Assembly: GCA_039025395.1 (NCBI GenBank)
Contig: JBCCOK010000011.1
Location: 5,961-69,960 of the forward strand
Source: Pseudomonadota bacterium
GTDB lineage: Bacteria > Pseudomonadota > Alphaproteobacteria > Rhizobiales > Rhizobiaceae
DNA: 64,000 nt
Direction: 5' to 3'
Shown here piece after piece: positions 47,204-55,978 of this stretch (position 1 is the stretch's first letter; each line of letters starts with the position of its first letter). The position numbers were made by a program, and so were the translations under genes. Under the pieces are notes generated by a model that saw only the letters and a program-made list of their open reading frames with translations, did not search any database and was not told the DNA's origin.

Positions 47204-47384
47204 GCACCGGTAGCCATATCATCTGCCGGCATGCAGCCAGAAATTGAACACGGACCGGCGGAGGCAGAGCCGAATATCAGCCCTCTTATCAGAGGCTTGC
47301 AGCCTTCGCATGGAGTGATGGGCAACAGCTGATTTTGCTGAACAAATCGGCCGGCAGATTTTTTCTCAAATTCGAAATTGCAGC

Positions 47385-47413
47385 TTGCGAGATTCCGACT
47401 GCCTGACTATATA
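47385..47413 (+). promoter_or_regulatory. Candidate sigma70-type promoter for tRNA-Glu
   Basis: TTGCGA-N17-TATATA. The -10 element ends 11 nt before tRNA position 1. Confidence 0.45.
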
Positions 47414-47424
47414 AGCGCAATTGT

Positions 47425-47499
47425 GCGCCCTTCGTCTATCGGTTAGGACGCCAGATTTTCATTCTGGAAAGAGGGGTTCGATTCCCCTAGGGCGTGCCA
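47425..47499 (+). tRNA. tRNA-Glu (anticodon UUC)
   Basis: Manual cloverleaf: acceptor GCGCCCT/AGGGCGT (G1-U72), anticodon stem CCAGA/TCTGG with loop TTTTCAT, T-arm AGGGG-TTCGATT-CCCCT, encoded CCA. Confidence 0.9.
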
Positions 47500-47593
47500 A
47501 AGTCTTTTATCTGTCCTTCCTTTTCAATTGCTCAGAATCCGAATTGCCGAATCTCCGGACAGGGTTGGGCGCATTACTCAGTTTTCTCATCGC

Positions 47594-47803
47594 TTAAGCG
47601 TCCGGTTTTGCGCGGCTTGCTTGCTTTCCATAGGTGCGCGCCTCGTTCGGCGTGTAGTCACCCAGAAACGCCATGACCTCGAACTCGCCCGCGCCGGCAT
47701 TGGCAAGTCGGCTCGCGCCTGCGTCCAGGCACTGTTTGGAAAACCACTTGCCGAAGGTTTCTGGCCTGAACGGTCGGCCATGCGCATTCAGGACAAACAG
47801 CAA
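47594..47803 (-). pseudogene. Tyrosine recombinase (phage-type integrase) C-terminal remnant
   Basis: The 69-aa ORF reads ..FVLNAHGRPFRPETFGKWFSKQCLDAG|ASRLANAGAGEFEVMAFLGDYTPNEARTYGK. This resembles the C-terminal catalytic region of alphaproteobacterial integrases, but the HxLRK block is deleted and the GH of box II reads GD. There is no intact N-terminal part. Confidence 0.5.
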
Positions 47804-47938
47804 CTGCTCCTTGGATACCTGGTCGGGGTCATCCAGGGAAAGGGCCCCAGCACGAAAACCAGGCTGGCAAAAGGCGCACCGATTGAGTTCGCTTGATCGT
47901 CCGGCATGACGCCAATACGGATTGAGACAGGCATTCGA

Positions 47939-48574
47939 TTATGACCCACCATCTTCATCATGGGCCGGGCTGAAGCGGCGGGCGGCGAGTGCATCGACAG
48001 TATCGACCTCTCCCAGAAGCGCCATATTGGTCAGGGAGGCGCGATGCAGCTCTTGGTCGCCGGAAGAACAGGCGTCTTTTGCTACGGTCACCAGCCAGCC
48101 GACGTCCGCTGCATGGCGAAACGTCGTCTCGACGACCGAATGCGTGGCAACCCCGGCCAAGACCAGATGCCCCACTCCTAGCTCGTCCAGACGGGTCTGC
48201 AGTTTGGTACGGTGGAAGGCACTCACCCGGTTGTGGGTCAGCACCGTTTCGCTGTCATGCGGTTCAAGGCCCGGATAGAATCTGACGCCCCATGACCCCT
48301 CTTCCATCGCCTTTCGCGCTATGACGTTTCGAAAGATCGGGCCGTTGGCGATCACGTCCTCATGCCCGGGCGCAAACGCAATCCGCACATGGATCAAAGG
48401 TATGTCCAAATCGCGCGCCCCAGCCAAAAGCCGACCGGCCGCCGCCAGGACACTCGCCCTTTGCGTATCGCCATCGGCGACGCCCATGCGAATTGCCCCG
48501 TCGGGGTGAAGCACCTCATTCTGATAATGCAGCGCCAGAACCGCGGTGCGGGTCGGGTCACCCCTTGTCAGCAT
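47939..48574 (-). CDS. Isochorismatase-fold protein, apparently lacking the canonical Asp/Lys/Cys triad
   Basis: ORF trimmed to MLTRGDPTRTAVLALHYQNE. The overall isochorismatase pattern is present (..RVSAFH.T.L...L...G...LVLAGVATHSVVETTFRHA). By eye the triad positions read H/H/V instead of D/K/C. Confidence 0.75.
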   Translation of the reverse strand: MLTRGDPTRTAVLALHYQNEVLHPDGAIRMGVADGDTQRASVLAAAGRLLAGARDLDIPLIHVRIAFAPGHEDVIANGPIFRNVIARKAMEEGSWGVRFYPGLEPHDSETVLTHNRVSAFHRTKLQTRLDELGVGHLVLAGVATHSVVETTFRHAADVGWLVTVAKDACSSGDQELHRASLTNMALLGEVDTVDALAARRFSPAHDEDGGS

Positions 48575-49451
48575 GATACCGCACCGCAAACCCTATCCAT
48601 TCTGGTGCGTCCCAATCTGGATGCGCCGCCGTCATCTCGGACGTGAGGGTCTCCACCATGTCGTTGACGCCCATGCCGCCGCCTGACAATTCCTTTACGC
48701 GCTCCTGGATCGTATCCATGTAGCTACCCACTGCGCGTAGGATCTCAGGCCCGCCGGTTTCTCCGTGGCCAGGGACCACGGTCTCAGGGTTCATTGCTTC
48801 CATCTCGGCAATGGCAGCGCGCCATCTTGCCGCGTCGATGTCTTCATCGTCAGGCGGAAACCATGGAAAGATCGGGAATATTCGGTTTTCAGCAAGATCG
48901 CCGGTGAACAAGATGCTCACATCCGGAAGCCAGACCACTTGATCGGCGAGCGTATGGGCCTGTCCCCAGGTCATGAACTCCACTGTCCTCCCGCCAAGGT
49001 CCAACACGTGGCGAGAGCCCGTCCATGTCCGGTCGGGCGCCACCAACTCTGTCCCCTCCAGCGCCGACACAACAGGTGCCCCGAAACCACGGAACATACT
49101 GAGGTAGGGGTCTCCTTTTACAGCCAGTTCATCAGCCTGCGCCAGGTTATAGAAGATCTCGGCCACGCCTTTGAAAGCTTGGGCACCGAATCCATGTTCA
49201 GGGTGAAAATGCGTCAGTGTGAGAATGAGACGCCGGTTATCCGCCACCCGTTGTGCGACCTCTAAGACGCGTTTGCCGTTGACCGGCCCCATGCCACAAT
49301 CGACAACGAGCGCTGCGTCGTTGCCAAGGACAATCCCAACATTCGGCACCAGTGGCACCCGACGGTCTGGGATAACAAAAACGCCAGGCGCAAGCTCGGT
49401 CAGACCTGCTGGATCAATATCGGGCGGGGGCATTGGGTCGTTGTCGGTCAT
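48558..49451 (-). CDS. MBL-fold metallo-hydrolase
   Basis: LTLTHFHPEHGFG (HxHxEH variant of HxHxDH), plus later H and D ligand-like residues (VVPGHG). Confidence 0.85.
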   Translation of the reverse strand: MTDNDPMPPPDIDPAGLTELAPGVFVIPDRRVPLVPNVGIVLGNDAALVVDCGMGPVNGKRVLEVAQRVADNRRLILTLTHFHPEHGFGAQAFKGVAEIFYNLAQADELAVKGDPYLSMFRGFGAPVVSALEGTELVAPDRTWTGSRHVLDLGGRTVEFMTWGQAHTLADQVVWLPDVSILFTGDLAENRIFPIFPWFPPDDEDIDAARWRAAIAEMEAMNPETVVPGHGETGGPEILRAVGSYMDTIQERVKELSGGGMGVNDMVETLTSEMTAAHPDWDAPEWIGFAVRYHADKG

Positions 49452-49452
49452 G

Positions 49453-49905
49453 CTATTTCCCTTTCGGTCTCGCCAGTTCCGGATACTGCGACATCAATGC
49501 ATCCACCCTTTGATCGAGGGCAGGCACGGTGACAACGTTTTCCTGCTCGGCCGGATCGTTGCGTGCGGTGATCGCAGATGCCGGTTCTGTAAGGCTGAGG
49601 TTAAACGCAACATGCGGCACTTCTGGTGGGATAAAGCAGAAGGTGCCAGGAGCGATCAGGCAAGCGTTTTCCAATGTCATGCCCCAATGCAGAGCAATCC
49701 GGCCAGTTATACCGTAAATCGCAGTTTCGAAATCTCTGTGGTAATGCACCTTCGCTCTCCCGCCTGGCGGAAAAGCAGTAAGGTTCATGGATATGCCACT
49801 GGCATTTGCGCTTGCGCCGCTGATTCCAAAAAACTGTGGCATTCCCTGCCGAGCCTCGGAGGCGGTCTCAGGTGTAAGGATGACAACGGGACGGAACTCA
49901 GTCAT
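49453..49905 (-). CDS. Cupin domain protein (metal-binding motifs intact)
   Basis: ORF trimmed to the ATG at 49905 (ATGA overlap with the livM-like stop). Cupin motif 1 is GGRAKVHYHRDFETAIYGITG; motif 2 is PGTFCFIPPEVPHVAFN. Confidence 0.75.
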   Translation of the reverse strand: MTEFRPVVILTPETASEARQGMPQFFGISGASANASGISMNLTAFPPGGRAKVHYHRDFETAIYGITGRIALHWGMTLENACLIAPGTFCFIPPEVPHVAFNLSLTEPASAITARNDPAEQENVVTVPALDQRVDALMSQYPELARPKGK

Positions 49906-51023
49906 TGCGTCTCTTCCTTCTGCTTTGGCGTGGGTGCGTGGCGACGAGGCCATATGACCTCGCGCCCGCCGGTTATCCCTTGCGGCCTAAAGACCAGGAT
50001 AGCCAGCATGACACCGGCAAGCACAACGTCGCCCAGGCCTGCAGGGGCGCTGAGTGCAACTGGACCCATGGGGATGCCGACTTCCAGAAGTCGAAGGAGC
50101 TCCGCCAGGAGAGAAATTGCAAAGGTACCAACCACAGCGCCGGTCAGGCTACGCTGGCCGCCGACAACCAGCATTGTCAGAAAAAGGAAGGTGCTGTCGA
50201 GATAGAAAGTCTCCACTCTGAGCGTGCCAAGGAAATGGCCATAAAGCGCCCCTGCCATCCCTGAGACGAAGGCGCTGATCACGAAGGCGATCAGCCGGAG
50301 CGGCACCGGTAGCAACGCGCTCGCACGGGCGGCGACTTCATCTTCCCGCGTGGCTCGGAGCGCCAGTGCCCAGCGAGTCTCCTGGTAGACGAAGGCTATT
50401 GTGACCGCGACGCAGGCCCATATCGCCGCAGGCCAGAGCTTGACCCAAGTGTTGAGCCCCATCAGCGAAGTTTGCCCGCCGGTGACCGAAGTCCAGTTCC
50501 CCAGTCCTATATAGGCGATAATCAGAAGCGACAGTGTGGCTATGGCTGCCGCTATCCCCGACAACCGCATGAGCGGCCAGCCGACCACCGCCGCTACGGC
50601 CGCTGCCACACAGCCCGCAGCCAGGGTCCCGGCCAACGGCGATATCTGGAGCGCGTTAAGCCAGTCTGGCAGATTCGGGAGGAAGGTCTGTTTCAACATC
50701 GGGTTCAGCGTCGTCAGTGCCGAGACGTAAGCGCCGATGGCCATGAAGCCGACCGCGCTGAATGTTAGAATACCCGAATTGCCCATAAAAATATAAAGTC
50801 CGACGACTGCGACGAGGTTCACAAGCGCCAGAGTCACACGCCTTTCGAGAACGATGTCCCCCATCATGCCCAGTGGCGCGATCAGCAAAATCGCTCCCAA
50901 AAGGATGAAGAGTGGCGACAGGCGGCGCAGCTCCTCCCGCCAGACCGGAGCGGTGGACGCTGAAAGGCCCTTTAAGTCAGCTTGCGGGGTTGACGCAGGG
51001 GTCGCGGAACGATGAGACATCAA
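49902..51023 (-). CDS. Branched-chain-amino-acid-type ABC transporter permease (LivM-like)
   Basis: 373 aa, multi-TM, LivM-like with an N-terminal extension. Overlaps the livH-like stop by 4 nt. Confidence 0.9.
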   Translation of the reverse strand: MMSHRSATPASTPQADLKGLSASTAPVWREELRRLSPLFILLGAILLIAPLGMMGDIVLERRVTLALVNLVAVVGLYIFMGNSGILTFSAVGFMAIGAYVSALTTLNPMLKQTFLPNLPDWLNALQISPLAGTLAAGCVAAAVAAVVGWPLMRLSGIAAAIATLSLLIIAYIGLGNWTSVTGGQTSLMGLNTWVKLWPAAIWACVAVTIAFVYQETRWALALRATREDEVAARASALLPVPLRLIAFVISAFVSGMAGALYGHFLGTLRVETFYLDSTFLFLTMLVVGGQRSLTGAVVGTFAISLLAELLRLLEVGIPMGPVALSAPAGLGDVVLAGVMLAILVFRPQGITGGREVIWPRRHAPTPKQKEETQ

Positions 51024-51907
51024 ACACGCTCCTTGAGACCGCGGGCAGGGAACAGACCGTTGGGGCGAAACAGAACCACCAGGATCACGGCAAGGAAAAG
51101 GATAGCTTCACGAAACGGGCGCAGATCGGCGGGTAAGAAAGCTTGTAGAAAGGAAGATGCCATACCAACGAGAAGCCCACCCGCGACGACCCCCCAGAGG
51201 TTACCGAGCCCTCCGATCACTGTTGCCACAAAGGCTATGATCACGATCTGCACCCCAAGTCTTGGTTGAACGAAACCCGTCTGCGCGGCGTAAAGGATTG
51301 CCACCGCTGCTGCCAGAACTCCGCTCACGACGAAAGCCACTGCGATGACGACATCAGCTCGCACACCCACCAACCGGGACATGGTGAAGTCCTCAGCCGC
51401 GGCGCGCATCTGAAGCCCCAGCCGCGTTCGCTTCAGCAAAAACAGAAGCGCCAGCAAAAGTATGGCGCAGGTCACGATGGTTACGATTTTCAGCAGCCCG
51501 ATCTGCACACCGCCCACGTTCAATGTTTCCGCTAAAACTGGCAGCGGATCCAGCGGCTTGGCCCGCGAGCCGACGGCAAAAATCAGTAACTTCTGAATGA
51601 GGACGCTGACGGCAAAGGAAGCGATCAGCATGGTCGCTTGGTCGGCCGCCCTGAGCGGGCGGAAGGCTACGCGTTCGGTCAGGACTGCCAGCGCAACGGC
51701 CACCAGCACCGCCGCCGACACAGCCATGACCAGCGGATGTCCTGACAAGGCAAAGAGCGCATAGGCTGCGCAGGTGATAAACTCCGCATGGGCGAAGTTC
51801 GCCAGTCGCATGACCGAAAAGATGAGCCCGATGCCAAGCGCGGTCAGCGCATAGAGGCCACCCAAGCTCAGCGCATCGACAATGACCTGAACGACGTATC
51901 CCATCAC
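51020..51907 (-). CDS. Branched-chain-amino-acid-type ABC transporter permease (LivH-like)
   Basis: 295 aa. N-terminus VQVIVDALSLGGLYALTALGIGLIFSVMRLANFAHAEF is typical of LivH. Confidence 0.9.
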   Translation of the reverse strand: MMGYVVQVIVDALSLGGLYALTALGIGLIFSVMRLANFAHAEFITCAAYALFALSGHPLVMAVSAAVLVAVALAVLTERVAFRPLRAADQATMLIASFAVSVLIQKLLIFAVGSRAKPLDPLPVLAETLNVGGVQIGLLKIVTIVTCAILLLALLFLLKRTRLGLQMRAAAEDFTMSRLVGVRADVVIAVAFVVSGVLAAAVAILYAAQTGFVQPRLGVQIVIIAFVATVIGGLGNLWGVVAGGLLVGMASSFLQAFLPADLRPFREAILFLAVILVVLFRPNGLFPARGLKERV

Positions 51908-52638
51908 TCGATAACCCCTTCGCCCAGGCCGAAATACGCGGCCTCGAATCCGGGATGCTTTTCCAGTTCCGTTGAGGGGCCGGTGAGCCGAATCTCGCCG
52001 CCGCTGATCACGTAGGTCCGGTCTGAGGCTGCCAGCGCCCGGCCAGCGTTCTGCTCAACGACCAACACAGTCACACCGTCGTCGCGGACCCGGCGAATGA
52101 TGTCATAGATCTGTTCTGTCACCCGCGGGGCGAGGCCAAGGGAAGGTTCGTCCAGCATCAGCAGGCGCGGCTGTGCCAGCAGCGCGCGTACGATCACCAG
52201 CATCTGTTGTTCGCCGCCCGATAACAGCCCCGCATGGCCATGGCGCCGCTCGCCAAGGATCGGAAACTGGTCGAAGTATTCTTCAATCTCTGCCTCGACG
52301 GCGCTTGCGTCGTTTCGGATGGTTGCACCTAGTTGTAAGTTTTCCAGCACCGTGAGCCCCGCGAATACGTGCCTGCCTTCGGGCACCATGGCGATGCCGC
52401 AACGTACGGTCCGTTCCAGCGGCGCCCCCAATAAGGACTGCTGTTCGTATGTGATCTCGCCCACTGTGGCCGGCACGAGACCTGCAATTGCGGACAGGAG
52501 CGTCGTCTTACCCGCGCCATTCGGCCCGATTATCGAGACGATCTCTCCGGGGTCGATATGCATCGCGACATGGCGCAGGGCGACCACTTTGCCGTATCGC
52601 ACCGTGAGGTCGCGCACACGCAGCTCTGCTTGGGTCAT
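51904..52638 (-). CDS. ABC transporter ATP-binding protein (LivF-like)
   Basis: Walker A GPNGAGKTT, signature LSGGEQQML, Walker B LLMLDEPSLGLAP. Confidence 0.93.
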   Translation of the reverse strand: MTQAELRVRDLTVRYGKVVALRHVAMHIDPGEIVSIIGPNGAGKTTLLSAIAGLVPATVGEITYEQQSLLGAPLERTVRCGIAMVPEGRHVFAGLTVLENLQLGATIRNDASAVEAEIEEYFDQFPILGERRHGHAGLLSGGEQQMLVIVRALLAQPRLLMLDEPSLGLAPRVTEQIYDIIRRVRDDGVTVLVVEQNAGRALAASDRTYVISGGEIRLTGPSTELEKHPGFEAAYFGLGEGVIE

Positions 52639-53366
52639 GCCTGATAGTCCTCCCCGAGATAGGCGGAGCGGAATTGCGGGTTCGCCATCACCTTCTCGGG
52701 CGATCCGGCATCAATCACGCGCCCGCCCGACAGGACGTGAAGGCGAGCACAAATCGCAGTGACCAGCCGCATGTTGTGTTCGATCAGCATGATACTGCAT
52801 GCGAAATCAGACCGTATCTGGGTGATTTGCTCGCCGAGCTCTTCAGCCTCGGCCAGTGTCATGCCAGCGGCAGGTTCGTCCAACAGTAGGTATCGGGGCG
52901 CCAACGCCAGTGCGCGGGCCAGCCCCACCCTGCGTTCGTCGCCATAGCTCAGCCCGTCCCCGAGCAGGTCTACCTTGTCCCCGATGCCCAGGTAACCGAG
53001 AAGCTCGACCGCGCGATGACGCGCCGCTCTGCGGCCCATACCGCGACCAGTCAGGGCCGCTTCAACGTTTTCGGAAACGGTGAGTCCCCGGAACAGTCTG
53101 ACCGCCTGGAAGCTACGGACGACGCCGCCCCGCGCGTACCAGTCTGCAGACTGCGCTGGAGCCGATGCTCCGTCCAACGTGATCCGGCCTTCGTGTGGGC
53201 GCTGAAAACCACTCAGCACGTTTACCATGGTGGTCTTGCCGGCCCCGTTTGGGCCGACAAGTCCAATGATCTCCCCTGTCGCCAGTTCAAGTGACACGTC
53301 CGAGAGCGCCTGCACACCAGAAAAGTGTACCGAGATATTCTCGGCCCTAAGTCCGCTCTCGGTCAC
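52635..53366 (-). CDS. ABC transporter ATP-binding protein (LivG-like)
   Basis: Walker A GPNGAGKTT, signature LSYGDERRV, Walker B LLLDEPAAGM, and the C-terminal LivG-type motif. Confidence 0.93.
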   Translation of the reverse strand: MTESGLRAENISVHFSGVQALSDVSLELATGEIIGLVGPNGAGKTTMVNVLSGFQRPHEGRITLDGASAPAQSADWYARGGVVRSFQAVRLFRGLTVSENVEAALTGRGMGRRAARHRAVELLGYLGIGDKVDLLGDGLSYGDERRVGLARALALAPRYLLLDEPAAGMTLAEAEELGEQITQIRSDFACSIMLIEHNMRLVTAICARLHVLSGGRVIDAGSPEKVMANPQFRSAYLGEDYQA

Positions 53367-53376
53367 CGCCCGATCC

Positions 53377-54543
53377 TCAGTTCAGGTTGAACTCGCTGGG
53401 CGAAAACTTCCCGACCGCAGAGAATTTCCCGTCGGTCGCCTTGATAATGGTCATGGGCCGAGTGGTTGAGATATGCAGCTCGGGCGTAAAGGTAGTCGGC
53501 CCAATCATCAGGGGTTCGTCCTGAAAGGCGTTCATCTCTGCAGCTACCGCTTCGGCATCGAAGGTTCCAGCCCTTTCCACAGCGCGCGCCCAAGCCTCAA
53601 TCATCGAATACCCCCGTAGCGCATAACTTGCATCGGCACGCGCACCGTATTCCTCTTCATAACGGGCGAAGAAATCGTTGATCCGCTGCTCGGGATCGTC
53701 GCCATAGAACGATCCATACTGAGAGACGTAAAACTCGCTCAGGTCCGGAACAGTTCCAATCCAGTAGTCGCCGTCCATTGATTCACCCGATACGATGGGC
53801 ATATCGAGCCCAGCCGCCCGGATCTGACGCAAGGCCGACGGTCCGCCCGGCGCATAGGAGCAGAACATCATAACCTGAGGCTTTTCCTCAAGCCCGGAAA
53901 TCCGGGTCACCTGCGCCGCTATGCTGGCATCGCCGTTCAGGAAGACGTCACTGCCCAAAACCGCGGTTTCGCCTCCAAGTTCCTTGAAACGCTGCTCGAA
54001 AGCCCCGCAGAGTGATTTTGTGTAGGCTATGGTGTTGTCGAGAAGAACATAAGCCGTGGTCCAGCCCTGGTCCTCAAACGCCCATTCCGCCAGCATGGCT
54101 CCCTGCGACTGACTGGCGTTGGACATAGAATAGGCATACGGCCCTATGCCCTGAACGCCGAACTTGGGGTCCGAAGCGCCTGATAGCGAGATCACCCCAT
54201 TCTGCTGCGCTACGAACGCGCCGGGCGCGCCGAAGTCGAAATCAGAAGGGAACATAATCGCCTTGGCGCCTTGGTCGATGACTGAGAGCGCCCCATCCGC
54301 TCCCAGCGATGGCTCTGATTTGTTATCGAACTCGAGGATTTCGATCTGTTGATCAAGGAGGCCGCCAGCGCTGTTGATTTCCTTTACCGCAAGGCGAGCG
54401 CCATTGATGGTCGAGGCATCAATGGGCTGGAACCAGCCACTGAACGACATTACAAAGCCGACCTTTGCGTCTTGCGCCAAGGCCGGAAGCGACGCCAAGG
54501 CGGCCGCGGCAAATGCCGCGCCGAGGAATGTGGTCTTTCTCAT
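53377..54543 (-). CDS. ABC transporter periplasmic substrate-binding protein (Leu/Ile/Val-binding protein family)
   Basis: 388 aa with a signal peptide (..ASLPALAQDAK). Type I periplasmic binding fold pattern. AAGGAGA lies upstream of the ATG. Confidence 0.9.
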   Translation of the reverse strand: MRKTTFLGAAFAAAALASLPALAQDAKVGFVMSFSGWFQPIDASTINGARLAVKEINSAGGLLDQQIEILEFDNKSEPSLGADGALSVIDQGAKAIMFPSDFDFGAPGAFVAQQNGVISLSGASDPKFGVQGIGPYAYSMSNASQSQGAMLAEWAFEDQGWTTAYVLLDNTIAYTKSLCGAFEQRFKELGGETAVLGSDVFLNGDASIAAQVTRISGLEEKPQVMMFCSYAPGGPSALRQIRAAGLDMPIVSGESMDGDYWIGTVPDLSEFYVSQYGSFYGDDPEQRINDFFARYEEEYGARADASYALRGYSMIEAWARAVERAGTFDAEAVAAEMNAFQDEPLMIGPTTFTPELHISTTRPMTIIKATDGKFSAVGKFSPSEFNLN

Positions 54544-54687
54544 GTTCAGTCTCCTTTTGGTTGGGTCCGGCCGCAGTTGCGCCCGGATTTTTTTGGTCTT
54601 TTTGCCCTCGTTAGCCGCAATGCTGGTAGGATGCTCCCCATTCCCGACCCTCCGTCGAACGTCGAAGGCTCGAAACGCACCTTTTTT

Positions 54688-55374
54688 TCATCGGTTACCA
54701 AGCCGTTCGATGACCTCCTGAACGGTCAAGACATCACCAAACTGCTGGATAATCGTCTCAAGCGCAGAACGGTGCTCTTCGTCCGACAACGCCGCCGTGG
54801 CGTCTGACACCATCACCACTTTGAAATCCATCATCATCGCGTCGCGCGCTGTCGATTCACAGCAAACGTTGGTCTTGGTCCCCGTAATCAAGACCATGTC
54901 GATCCCAAGCCCGCGCAAAACCCGTTCCAGAGCCGAGGACCCGGGAATGAGCGCCGAATAGCGGTTCTTCAGGATCTTCAAGTCTTCGGACTGTACATCG
55001 AGACCGGGCCAGATCTGTTGCCCTTCACCCCCGGGCGCGAGGCTCTTTACGGTACGCGCGCGTACGTCGTGGGCCACGAAGTAGTCAAAGAAATTCGGCC
55101 AGTCACTGCCCGTCTCCGAGCTCTGATTTGCGTGATTTACCCAGATGACCTGCCCACCCGCCGACCTGAGCGAAGTGGCGAGCCGGTTGATCGGTTTGAT
55201 AAGCTCACGCGAGAGCGGGACCTCGGCTGGGGCACCTTCCTCGCAGAAGGTTTTTTGCATGTCGATGACTACGAGAGCGGTCCGTCGGGCGTCGATCCGT
55301 TCGAACAAGTGTAGCTTCCCTCGCCGCGCCACGACCCGGTCAACGATTTCATCCCTGATCGAAACCTGGTGCAT
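54688..55374 (-). CDS. Isochorismatase-family cysteine hydrolase (amidase-type, intact triad)
   Basis: ALVVIDMQKTF (Asp), ILKNRYSAL (Lys), ITGTKTNVCCESTARDA (Cys nucleophile). Confidence 0.85.
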   Translation of the reverse strand: MHQVSIRDEIVDRVVARRGKLHLFERIDARRTALVVIDMQKTFCEEGAPAEVPLSRELIKPINRLATSLRSAGGQVIWVNHANQSSETGSDWPNFFDYFVAHDVRARTVKSLAPGGEGQQIWPGLDVQSEDLKILKNRYSALIPGSSALERVLRGLGIDMVLITGTKTNVCCESTARDAMMMDFKVVMVSDATAALSDEEHRSALETIIQQFGDVLTVQEVIERLGNR

Positions 55375-55390
55375 GCTTTCCCCTTTCCGC

Positions 55391-55978
55391 CTAGAAACTC
55401 AGCTTGTCCGAGAACACCCACACAACGCGGGTTTCACCGTTATGCGTGTTCTGCCAGCGATGCGCATCTTCGCAAACGAACTGGAGTGTATCGCCCGGTC
55501 CAAGGTCCACGATCTCGCCTTCGATCGAATACCGGATGGCACCGGACAAAACGTGACACAGCTCCTCCCCCTCATGGCGCATTGGTTCCTCGCCCGAAGA
55601 GGCGCCTGGTCCAATGACGCCAAGTCGGGCCTCAAGTACGCCACGTTCAAAATCACCGTGCAGGTCTTCGAGGCCCAATGACATTTCCGGCAGGTCCATC
55701 CGCGGGCGCGCGCTCGACCGAACAACAGAGAAATCCGGCGTCGTTTCGCGGTTCCGGCGGATCAGGAAGCCCAGGTTTTCGTCCAGCGCACGGGCCAGGT
55801 TAATGGCGTGCACCAGGCTGGGATTCATGCGTAGGTTTTCGATCTTGCTGATCGTGCTGGGCGGTACCCCGCTCAAGTCGGCAAGGTCATGGAGATTGAG
55901 ACCACGTGCCTGCCGCAGGTTCCTTAGCCGCGTGCCGATCCCCGCCAGCGCGTCTTGTGTTAGCTCGGGATCTGTCAC
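55391..55978 (-). CDS. XRE-family transcriptional regulator with C-terminal cupin domain
   Basis: HTH IGTRLRNLRQARGLNLHDLADLSGVPPSTISKIEN, then cupin (HEGEELCHVLSG...GDTLQF....HRWQN). GTG start overlapping the hyuB stop (GTGA). Confidence 0.85.
   Translation of the reverse strand: MTDPELTQDALAGIGTRLRNLRQARGLNLHDLADLSGVPPSTISKIENLRMNPSLVHAINLARALDENLGFLIRRNRETTPDFSVVRSSARPRMDLPEMSLGLEDLHGDFERGVLEARLGVIGPGASSGEEPMRHEGEELCHVLSGAIRYSIEGEIVDLGPGDTLQFVCEDAHRWQNTHNGETRVVWVFSDKLSF

Noticed and set aside
47788-47994. 68-aa minus-strand ORF upstream of the integrase remnant, considered as a further integrase fragment
   Set aside because: I could not align it convincingly to integrase core motifs by eye, and it overlaps the 3' end of the isochorismatase-fold gene. 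The pseudogene call was therefore not extended beyond 47803.
49219-50205. 328-aa plus-strand ORF across the MBL, cupin and livM-like genes
   Set aside because: It is antisense to three well-supported, translationally coupled genes. It is Arg/Ser/Pro-rich with no recognisable motif, so it is a shadow ORF.
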